From Minisyncoccota bacterium (lineage in GTDB: Bacteria; Patescibacteriota; Minisyncoccia; Phycocordibacterales; UBA6065): a DNA stretch of 64,000 bases. A model generated the notes under the pieces. That model was given only the letters and a program-made list of their open reading frames with translations, did not search any database and was not told the DNA's origin. Of the stretch, positions 18,245 through 26,046 are shown piece after piece. The first letter of the stretch is position 1. Every line of letters starts with the position of its first letter. The stretch lies in the NCBI GenBank assembly GCA_041661645.1, contig JBAZUA010000001.1:125074-189073 (forward strand). Direction: 5' to 3'. A program made the translations under genes and the position numbers.

Positions 18245-19258
18245 CTATCTCTTCGAAATGATCGTCTTCTTGTACACCTCGAGATGCTCGAGAGCGATGC
18301 CGGTTCCCTTGGCCACGCAATACAATGGGTCCTCGGCGAGAACAGCCTTTACGCCGGTGCGACGGAAGACGAGCTCGGGAAGGTTACGCAGCATGGACGA
18401 GCCGCCGGTCATGATGATGCCGCTGTCGATGATGTCGGCGGCGAGTTCCGGCGGGGTGTCCTGAAGCACGTCCTTGATGGCCTTTATCATGTCGCGAAGC
18501 TCGCGGGTGATTGCCTTGACCACCTCGTTTGACTTGAGCTCGGTCGAGCGCGGAAGGCCCGAGATGAAGTCACGGCCCTTGATGGTCATCGAAAGCTCCT
18601 CTTCCAAAGGGACTGCCGAACCAATCTGTATCTTTATGTTCTCTGACGTCTTGTCTCCGATGGCGAGATTGAAGGTCTTCTTTATGTAATCGGCGATGGC
18701 GGCGTCTATCCTGTTGCCGGCGCATTTTACTGAGGTCGAGGCGACGATGCCGCCGAGGGAGATAACGGCGACGTCGGTGGTTCCCCCGCCGATGTCGACG
18801 ATCATGTGACCACGGGCCTCCTGAATGGGAATGCCCGCGCCGATGGCGGCGAGGATCGGCTCCTTGACCACGTAGGCGTTCTTTGCCCCGGCCTTCACGG
18901 CCGCCTCGACGACGGCACGACGCTCGGTCGAGGTGATGCCTGCGGGAACCGAGACGAGAACCTCGGGCTTGAAGATATTCCACTTGCCCAAGGCCTTGTC
19001 GATGAAGTAGCGAAGCATTGCCTCGGTCACGCGATAGTCCGCGATGACGCCGTCCTTCATGGGGCGGTAGGCGATGATGGACTCGGGGGTTCGACCGATC
19101 ATGTTCTTAGCCTCGACGCCCACCGCCAAGATCTTGTTGTCCTGCTCGGAAACAGCGACGACAGAAGGCTCGTTCAGAACAATTCCCTTTCCGGGTATGA
19201 ACACGAGGGTGTTCGCCGTGCCGAGGTCTATGCCGAGCTTTTTGGTGAAGATGGCCAT
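18245..19258 (-). CDS. mreB: Second MreB/Mbl paralogue
   Basis: LGIDLGTANT, RPMKDGVIAD, DIGGGTTD, TGGSSML. Confidence 0.96.
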   Translation of the reverse strand: MAIFTKKLGIDLGTANTLVFIPGKGIVLNEPSVVAVSEQDNKILAVGVEAKNMIGRTPESIIAYRPMKDGVIADYRVTEAMLRYFIDKALGKWNIFKPEVLVSVPAGITSTERRAVVEAAVKAGAKNAYVVKEPILAAIGAGIPIQEARGHMIVDIGGGTTDVAVISLGGIVASTSVKCAGNRIDAAIADYIKKTFNLAIGDKTSENIKIQIGSAVPLEEELSMTIKGRDFISGLPRSTELKSNEVVKAITRELRDMIKAIKDVLQDTPPELAADIIDSGIIMTGGSSMLRNLPELVFRRTGVKAVLAEDPLYCVAKGTGIALEHLEVYKKTIISKR

Positions 19259-19307
19259 ATGTGGCTACACTATACGCCCTTTTATGGGTTTCGCAAACAC
19301 AACAAAA

Positions 19308-19336
19308 ATACCCGCCGAATCGGATTCGGCGGGTAT
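19308..19336 (-). terminator. Intrinsic terminator
   Basis: atacccgccgaatc-g-gattcggcgggtat hairpin with an A-run on its left. Confidence 0.75.
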
Positions 19337-19344
19337 AAAGAAGC

Positions 19345-19650
19345 TTATTTATCGACTTCGGCAGATCTTACTGCCTTAAGCCATTCAGGTCTCAGTATTG
19401 AAACCAAGGACCCGATTGTCGCAAGCGCAGAATAGAACGAGGCGAAAACCAGATGGAAAACACCAGACGCATTTCTATCCTTGAGGACATCGCAAAATCC
19501 AACCAGACCAAAAAACATGACAAACACGGAGAATAGCACCAGAAGCTTTATGAAAAAGGTATCAGGCACCATCGACCGCGGCACCAGCAAGACTAGGCAG
19601 ACTGCTCCCAAAAGAAACAATAGGAGGAAAACGACAAGGATCATATTCAT
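19345..19650 (-). CDS. Hypothetical three-TM protein
   Basis: Hydrophobic lower-GC ORF with its own terminator. Confidence 0.6.
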   Translation of the reverse strand: MNMILVVFLLLFLLGAVCLVLLVPRSMVPDTFFIKLLVLFSVFVMFFGLVGFCDVLKDRNASGVFHLVFASFYSALATIGSLVSILRPEWLKAVRSAEVDK

Positions 19651-19709
19651 ACCAGCCCAAGCTACCACCCCACACCCGACTTATCAACAGCCCCTGATTG
19701 CAGATACAC

Positions 19710-19728
19710 ATAGCATATATGCTATACT
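19710..19728 (+). promoter_or_regulatory. 16-bp palindrome overlapping the extended -10 of XRE-murA (candidate operator)
   Basis: atagcata|tatgctat at 19710-19725; TGcTATACT with -10 at 19723-19728; ATG at 19736. Confidence 0.65.
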
Positions 19729-19735
19729 TCTTTTC

Positions 19736-21295
19736 ATGCCAAAAGAAACAAAGCCAAAGGCCCTTTCATCTATCGGCGCGATGATAGCCCGCCTCCGCGA
19801 GGACAGGCGAATGACCCAGACCGATCTCGGCGAGAAGATAGGGACCACCCAAAGCGTCATAGCCCGCATCGAGTCGGGCGACCAGAACCTCTCGACCGAG
19901 ACTCTGGCAAAGCTGTCGGCGGCGCTCGACCACGAGATCGTCTCCCTCTCAAAGGGCGGCACAGTCAACTTCCGCATCGAGGGCGGCAGAAAGCTCTCAG
20001 GCTCGATCAAGGTCCGCACCTCGAAGAACGGCGCCGTCGGCCTCATGTGCGCCTCGCTCATGAATCGCGGGACAACCGTCATCAAGAACACCCCAAAGAT
20101 AGAGGAGGTGCACCGCATCGCCGAGGTGCTCGAGTCCATCGGCGTCAAGATCGAGTGGAAGGGCCTCGACCTCCACATCACCCCGCCCGAGAAGTTCGTC
20201 ATGAAGGACATTGCCTATGACTCGGCGGCAAAAACCCGCAGCATCATCATGATGGTCGGATCGCTCATACATCGCATGAAGGAATTCGACCTCCCCCAGG
20301 CATCCGGCTGCCGCCTGGGCTCTCGCACCATAAAGCCCTACGTCTACGCCCTCGAGCATCTCGGCGTAAAGATCGAGACGACCTCCGAGTACTATCACGT
20401 ATCGCACGATGGCCTCAAGAAGAACCGCGAGATCATCATGTACGAGGCCGGCGACACCGTCACCGAGGCAGTGCTGATGGCCACGGCTCTCATCCCTGGC
20501 ACCACGACCATCAAGTTCGCCTCGGCAAACTATCAGGTGCAGGACGTCTGCTTCTACCTCGAGCTCCTCGGCGTGAAGATAGACGGAATCGGCACCTCGA
20601 CCATGACCGTGCACGGCATCGCTCCCGACAAGACGGGCGGCAAGGGAAATGGCATAAAGAAGGACGTGGAATACTTCCTTTCCGAGGACCCCATCGAGGC
20701 GATGTCACTCCTCACCGCGGCCATCGTCACCAAATCGTCAATCACCGTCGAGCGCTGCCCCATCGACTTCCTCGAACTCGAACTGCTCAAGCTCGAGAAG
20801 ATGGGCTTCAAATATAAAATCGTCAAGCGATACAAGGCCGACAACGGCTACACGAACCTGGTGGATATTCAGACCTTCGCATCGAAACTCACCGCCCTCG
20901 AGGAACACATCCATCCGCTGCCATATCCCGGCATCAACATGGACAACCTCCCCTTCTTTGCCGTCATCGGCACTCAGGCCGAGGGTCAGACATTCATACA
21001 CGACTGGGTGTACGAGGAGCGAGCCATCTATTATAAAGAACTCGACAAGATGCGAGCCGAGACCATTCTCGCCGACCCCCATCGCTTCTATGTGAAAGGC
21101 CCGACCAAGCTCAAGGCGACCGAGATCGTCTGTCCTCCCGCCCTGCGCCCTTCAGTCATCATCATGCTCGGCATGCTCGCAGCAGAAGGCACCTCGATAC
21201 TCCGCAACGTCTACAACATCAATCGAGGATACGAGGATCTTGCTGCGCGACTCAACTCGATCGGAGCAAAGATAGAGACGTTCAGGGACCTTTAA
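19736..21295 (+). CDS. murA: XRE-HTH / UDP-N-acetylglucosamine 1-carboxyvinyltransferase fusion
   Basis: N-terminal MTQTDLGEKIGTTQSVIARIESG HTH; IEGGRKLSGSI, SKNG, GCRLGSR (catalytic Cys loop), PYPG, INRGYEDL. Confidence 0.93.
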   Translation: MPKETKPKALSSIGAMIARLREDRRMTQTDLGEKIGTTQSVIARIESGDQNLSTETLAKLSAALDHEIVSLSKGGTVNFRIEGGRKLSGSIKVRTSKNGAVGLMCASLMNRGTTVIKNTPKIEEVHRIAEVLESIGVKIEWKGLDLHITPPEKFVMKDIAYDSAAKTRSIIMMVGSLIHRMKEFDLPQASGCRLGSRTIKPYVYALEHLGVKIETTSEYYHVSHDGLKKNREIIMYEAGDTVTEAVLMATALIPGTTTIKFASANYQVQDVCFYLELLGVKIDGIGTSTMTVHGIAPDKTGGKGNGIKKDVEYFLSEDPIEAMSLLTAAIVTKSSITVERCPIDFLELELLKLEKMGFKYKIVKRYKADNGYTNLVDIQTFASKLTALEEHIHPLPYPGINMDNLPFFAVIGTQAEGQTFIHDWVYEERAIYYKELDKMRAETILADPHRFYVKGPTKLKATEIVCPPALRPSVIIMLGMLAAEGTSILRNVYNINRGYEDLAARLNSIGAKIETFRDL

Positions 21296-21308
21296 TCACA
21301 CCACCCCA

Positions 21309-22268
21309 ATGCCCAAGATCGTCACATTAGGAGGCGGAGGCGGCCATTCGCAAGTGCTCAAGGCACTCAAGGACATGCCTGACGTGGAAATAACGGCAAT
21401 CTGTCCAAGCACCGATTCGGGTGGATCAACAGGGATTCTCAGAAGAGAATACGCCGGCAAGGGCTACACGGGAGATCTCACGAAATGCGTCACCGCCCTC
21501 TGCGTGGACAAGGGACTCGCCGACGCCCTCTCGTTCAGATACGAGAAAGGATCGCTCGATGGGCATTCGGTGAAAAACATTCTCTTCCACGGCCTCGAAA
21601 AGACACAGGGTGCCGAAGAGGCCCTCAAGACCATCGGCACCATGTGCGGTCTTGGAAAGCATCGAGTCCTGCCAGTCACCACACAAGAGACGGAGCTCTG
21701 CGCCCACCTCAAGGTCGGCAAGACCGTAATTGGCGAAACAAACATAGATACGCTGGCAAGGAACCCTCTCTGGAATCCTGACAGCCACGCCATCGCCGAC
21801 ATATGTCTGAAACCAGCGGCGTCTGCGGCAAAAAATGTTCTACAGGCGATCAGGTCAGCGGATCACATCATCGTATGCCCGGGAGACCTCTATTCAAGCA
21901 TTCTGCCCGTGCTTCTTCCCAAAGGGATGAGGAAGGACCTGCGAGAGTCCAAGGCGCCCGTCACTATCATCTTGAACATCATGAACAAGAAGGGCGAAAC
22001 CGACGGATATGCCGCCGAAGACTTCATCAGAAAGATAGAAAATCACTTGGGAAGAAAGGCCACCTCCATACTCTGCAATGATGCCCCCATCCCCAAGCAG
22101 GCGCTCCTGACTTATTCGCTTGAGAACAAGACGGCACTCAGGGTACGGACCAGGCTCAAAGACAAGAGAATCATCTTCGCCCCTCTCGCAAAGATAGACG
22201 AGAAGGGCCAGCTCCTGAGCGATCCGACGGAAATACGAGAGGCTCTGAGTTTTATAAGTCATACATAA
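21309..22268 (+). CDS. YvcK/GlmR-family (UPF0052) UDP-GlcNAc-binding protein
   Basis: KIVTLGGGGG, DSGGSTGILR, GHSVKN, GETNID, PGDLYSSILP. Confidence 0.9.
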   Translation: MPKIVTLGGGGGHSQVLKALKDMPDVEITAICPSTDSGGSTGILRREYAGKGYTGDLTKCVTALCVDKGLADALSFRYEKGSLDGHSVKNILFHGLEKTQGAEEALKTIGTMCGLGKHRVLPVTTQETELCAHLKVGKTVIGETNIDTLARNPLWNPDSHAIADICLKPAASAAKNVLQAIRSADHIIVCPGDLYSSILPVLLPKGMRKDLRESKAPVTIILNIMNKKGETDGYAAEDFIRKIENHLGRKATSILCNDAPIPKQALLTYSLENKTALRVRTRLKDKRIIFAPLAKIDEKGQLLSDPTEIREALSFISHT

Positions 22269-22274
22269 AAAACC

Positions 22275-24095
22275 ATGTGCGGAATATTCGCCTATGTCGG
22301 AAAGAAGGAAGCGGTGCCAGTGCTTCTCGAGGGACTGACCTCCCTTGAATATCGAGGCTATGACTCGGCAGGGATATCCGTGCCGGGATCAGGTACGGTA
22401 AAGGCTGCGGGTGCGGTTGACCAGCTCAAGGCCAAGGGGCCGGAAAGGCTCAAGGGCGCGAGCGGCATAGCCCATCTGCGCTGGGCAACCCACGGCGAGC
22501 CGACCGAGAGGAACGCGCACCCGCACAGCGACTGCTCGGGAGACATCTCCGTCGTGCATAACGGCATAGTCGAGAATTTCAGGGAACTGAAGGACCGACT
22601 GATCAGCGAGGGCCACGCGTTCGCTTCCGACACGGACACCGAGGTCATAGCACACCTCATCGAACATAATCTCAAGCAGTCAAAAGATCTCGAGTCGGCA
22701 GTCATCGCCTCCCTGCACTCCATTCGCGGAACCTACGGCCTCGTCGTCGCTTATGCGAAAGACCCATCAAAGCTCATCGTCGCCCGCATGGGCGCCCCGG
22801 TGGTGCTCGGCATCGGCGACGGCGAGCACTTCGCCGCATCAGACCCGTCGCCGATACTGAGACACACAAAGAAGGTCATATACCTCAAGGACGGAGACGT
22901 GGCGGTGATAAGCGCCCACGCGCATGACATACGAAACCTCGAAAGCACCCTCATGGAGCGCGACATAGAAACAGTGGACTGGAGCATAGACATGGCGAAG
23001 AAGGACGGCTTCGAGCATTTCATGATGAAGGAAATCATGGAGGGCCCCGAGGTGATCCGAAACACCATACGAGGGAGGCTCATCCCCGATCAAGGCATGG
23101 CAAAGCTCGGCGGACTTGAGGCGGTCGCCGACAAATTGAAGACGGCGAAGAGGTTCATCGTCGTCGGCTGCGGTACCGCGTATTATGCGGGCCTCACGGG
23201 AACCTACATGCTCGAGGAATATGCGGGCATTCCCGCCACGGCCGAGATTGGCTCTGAATTCAGGTATAAAAAACCCATCATCGACGCGGATACCGTGCTT
23301 CTGGCCATGTCGCAGTCGGGAGAGACGGCGGACACGCTCGAGGCAATACGCGAGGCAAAGCGTCGAGGCGCCCTGACCATCGGCATCGTGAACGCCGTCG
23401 GCTCGACCATAGCCCGCGAGACAGACGCCGGCATATATAATCATGCGGGACCCGAGATAGGCGTCGCCTCGACCAAGGCATTCGTGTCACAGGTTACGGC
23501 CCTCGCCCTCCTCACCCTCTTCCTCGGCAGGCAAAGGGGCATGAGCGAGGAGGCAGGGAAAGAACTGGCGCACGAAATCAGCCTCCTGCCGGATAAGATC
23601 GAGAAAATCCTGGAACAAAAAGAACTGATTCGAGAATGCGCCGAGAAATACGCGGATGCCGAGGATTTCCTCTATCTCGGAAGGAAATACAATTACGCCA
23701 TCGCCTTTGAGGGCGCGCTCAAATTAAAAGAGGTGTCGTATCTTCACGCCGAGGGCTGCGGCGCCGGCGAGATGAAGCACGGGCCGCTCGCCATGATAGA
23801 CGAGGACTTCCCCACCATGGCCATCGCCCCATCAGACAGCATGTACGAGAAGATGATGTCGAACATCCAGGAGATAAAGGCCCGCAAGGGAAAGGTCATC
23901 GTCGTGGCCACCGAGGGAAACGCCTCGATCGAGAAGCTTGCCGACGACGTGTTCTTCATACCGAAAACGCTCGAGATGCTCACGCCCATACTGGCAGTCG
24001 TCCCCCTCCAGCTCTTCGCCTATTACGCAGCCGTTGCCAAGGGCCTCAATGTGGACCGCCCGCGAAATCTGGCGAAATCGGTGACCGTTGAATAA
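22275..24095 (+). CDS. glmS: Glutamine--fructose-6-phosphate aminotransferase
   Basis: MCGI, LEYRGYDSAG, HLRWATHG, SQSGETADT, PRNLAKSVTVE. Confidence 0.98.
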   Translation: MCGIFAYVGKKEAVPVLLEGLTSLEYRGYDSAGISVPGSGTVKAAGAVDQLKAKGPERLKGASGIAHLRWATHGEPTERNAHPHSDCSGDISVVHNGIVENFRELKDRLISEGHAFASDTDTEVIAHLIEHNLKQSKDLESAVIASLHSIRGTYGLVVAYAKDPSKLIVARMGAPVVLGIGDGEHFAASDPSPILRHTKKVIYLKDGDVAVISAHAHDIRNLESTLMERDIETVDWSIDMAKKDGFEHFMMKEIMEGPEVIRNTIRGRLIPDQGMAKLGGLEAVADKLKTAKRFIVVGCGTAYYAGLTGTYMLEEYAGIPATAEIGSEFRYKKPIIDADTVLLAMSQSGETADTLEAIREAKRRGALTIGIVNAVGSTIARETDAGIYNHAGPEIGVASTKAFVSQVTALALLTLFLGRQRGMSEEAGKELAHEISLLPDKIEKILEQKELIRECAEKYADAEDFLYLGRKYNYAIAFEGALKLKEVSYLHAEGCGAGEMKHGPLAMIDEDFPTMAIAPSDSMYEKMMSNIQEIKARKGKVIVVATEGNASIEKLADDVFFIPKTLEMLTPILAVVPLQLFAYYAAVAKGLNVDRPRNLAKSVTVE

Positions 24096-24096
24096 A

Positions 24097-24201
24097 TCAA
24101 ACCTGATTCTCAAGACCAACATCTGCTCCAAAATCAACAATCTCCTGAATGTTATCAGGTGTAATTGCCGCAAGAAGTATCTCTAGCTCACTTTTGCCCA
24201 T
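24097..24201 (-). CDS. 34-aa peptide resembling the C-terminal toxin-binding segment of MazE/ChpS antitoxins
   Basis: Manual translation MGKSELEILLAAITPDNIQEIVDFGADVGLENQV*; starts 10 nt after the Bro-N stop and fills the gap exactly. Confidence 0.65.
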   Translation of the reverse strand: MGKSELEILLAAITPDNIQEIVDFGADVGLENQV

Positions 24202-24211
24202 GATAGTTTTG

Positions 24212-25012
24212 TTATTTAAGAAAATTCTTCTTAGTGACAATCGAGCGTCCGAGCTTTTTCTCTAGATTTTTCCTGGCCCCACCTGCTATCTCCCCACCAG
24301 CCTTGGCATCATCTGCAAGCTTTGGAACCCCTTTCGAATCCTCCACCCTGTGAATCTCGGTCGAGGCACGCTCTCCGAGCATGGTGAAGATAAGCTCAAA
24401 GTCATCCATGTGATCACGCAGATTCTGACGCTTGAGGCCTTTGAGTTCCTTGTATTCGCTCGGAGTAACACCGAAAGTCGCCTTTGATATCTCAGCTGTC
24501 AGAATCTCATAATCCCTTGCCTCTTGGGCACCACGCTTCTCCCATTCATCAGTAAGCTCCTCGCGAATGACGATTCCCCGCATGCGCTTCTCAATCCAAT
24601 CCTCGCTATACCCCTTTAATTTATAGAGGGTACGGGTACGCTTGGCGGCAAGTTCCGGATTCTCTATTTCCTTTACCCTTTCGAAACCGACCTTGGCCAA
24701 CCAACGCTTGAGCGGCTCCGCCTTCGGAGATGGGATGGACTGAATGATGCGAAATATTCCCTCGGTATCAGCGCAGTCTGTTTCGTATTTCTTGCCGTCT
24801 GAAGCCTCCAATTTCAGCTGTCGACAAAATGTCGACAGCTGAGCCTCATCCTCAGACTCGAGACGAGTCTTCATCCTGTACCAATAATCTCGAGGATTTT
24901 CGCTATCAGTCAAAGCGGCGATAACATCCACGACAGAAAACCACCATTCCCCGTTGTGAATGATTTTTCTAATCTTGGCCCCTTTGAATAAAGCGATATT
25001 CGTTCCTTCCAT
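24212..25012 (-). CDS. Bro-N domain (phage antirepressor-like) protein
   Basis: IRKIIHNGEWWFSVVDVIAAL, QLKLEASDGKKYETD, IIQSIPSPKAEP, NLRDHM. Confidence 0.9.
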   Translation of the reverse strand: MEGTNIALFKGAKIRKIIHNGEWWFSVVDVIAALTDSENPRDYWYRMKTRLESEDEAQLSTFCRQLKLEASDGKKYETDCADTEGIFRIIQSIPSPKAEPLKRWLAKVGFERVKEIENPELAAKRTRTLYKLKGYSEDWIEKRMRGIVIREELTDEWEKRGAQEARDYEILTAEISKATFGVTPSEYKELKGLKRQNLRDHMDDFELIFTMLGERASTEIHRVEDSKGVPKLADDAKAGGEIAGGARKNLEKKLGRSIVTKKNFLK

Positions 25013-25111
25013 GAGGAAAGTCTATCACGTATCACTTCCACGGCGTGATCACCAGCTATCCCCAAATTTATCAAAAATTTATATGCGTGCCTTTTGTTTT
25101 TGGTGGGAAAC

Positions 25112-25141
25112 AAAAGGCTGGTTCGCGTAAGCGAACCAGCC
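25112..25141 (-). terminator. Intrinsic terminator
   Basis: ggctggttcgc-gtaa-gcgaaccagcc, a perfect 11-bp stem with a T-run on the minus strand. Confidence 0.8.
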
Positions 25142-25152
25142 GGCGACAAAAC

Positions 25153-25830
25153 TTATTCAATACCAAGCATCTCCTTCGCCTTGAGAAAACCGCTATAAGC
25201 GATACCCATATTGAACATATCGCCTGTCAGTAAGAGCAAGTTACCGACAGAACCCGAAGAAGGCATCGTTAGCTTTTGAATGAAACTCCCGATCTGGAAA
25301 AAATCATCAATAACCAATGCCCCTTGACCAATCACCAAATCTCCAGGGACACCAGAATCCTCCTCCCAAGCCACGTTGCGGTGGGCAAAGGGTAGAATAA
25401 CCTGAAGCCTATCCTTCTTGCTCTGGGGAAGAACAAGCTTGATGCGATCACCGGAAAGCTGACCGAGAACATTGATGAACCTCCCCTCCTCAACCTCGAA
25501 ACGAATAAAGGAGTTCTTGCCGGACGAGGCAATCACGATTTGATTAAAAGCAAGCGCGAAACCCAGGGGTTGAATACTAAAATCAAACAACTGCATGAGC
25601 TCATCCTCGAAAAGATTCCCCGTGGTTTGGCCTCTCTTTAAAAGCTCCCGTGAACGATTGATAAGTCGACCAAGCTCATCGGAAATGAGGCGGCCCTCCT
25701 TCCTGACGGAAAACTCCCTCATCGCGTGCCTCCTTTTAAGCTCGGCAATTTTTGCCAAACAAAGAGGTAAATCTGATAGGCTTTTCCTGGCCCCACGCTT
25801 CGACGCAGGCTTTTTTGATACAACGTTCAT
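25153..25830 (-). CDS. Hypothetical protein
   Basis: 225-aa ORF with AAGGAG RBS, TTGACT promoter and its own terminator. Confidence 0.75.
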   Translation of the reverse strand: MNVVSKKPASKRGARKSLSDLPLCLAKIAELKRRHAMREFSVRKEGRLISDELGRLINRSRELLKRGQTTGNLFEDELMQLFDFSIQPLGFALAFNQIVIASSGKNSFIRFEVEEGRFINVLGQLSGDRIKLVLPQSKKDRLQVILPFAHRNVAWEEDSGVPGDLVIGQGALVIDDFFQIGSFIQKLTMPSSGSVGNLLLLTGDMFNMGIAYSGFLKAKEMLGIE

Positions 25831-25926
25831 TGTCTTATTTCTCCTTCATTTTAGTTACTGTGCATTGTGAAAAACTATCTGTCACCGATACTATACCCAA
25901 CGCCCGTAAAGTCAACGATGCAAACG

Positions 25927-26039
25927 GATTAGCACAAAATGGGCCCGAAAAACGACTAGTGAGCGCGACCTGCGCGAGCTCGAGGAATTTCCCACCAGGG
26001 AAATATCCGTGCGTTTTTCGGGCCCATTTTGTGCTAATC
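25927..26039. repeat. 113-bp element with perfect 28-bp terminal inverted repeats (MITE-like or structured RNA)
   Basis: gattagcacaaaatgggcccgaaaaacg at 25927-25954 and its exact reverse complement at 26012-26039; internal hairpin atttccc-acca-gggaaat. Confidence 0.9.
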
Positions 26040-26046
26040 TGTAATC

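Noticed and set aside
19681-19689. TTATCAACA as a DnaA box or origin
   Set aside because: A single one-mismatch box with no cluster or unwinding element.
19481-19735. N-terminal extensions given by the ORF track for murA (similarly greA, holB, msrAB, SIMPL, HMA-DsbD)
   Set aside because: They overlap neighbouring genes or promoters; internal ATGs fit family starts and -10 spacing better.
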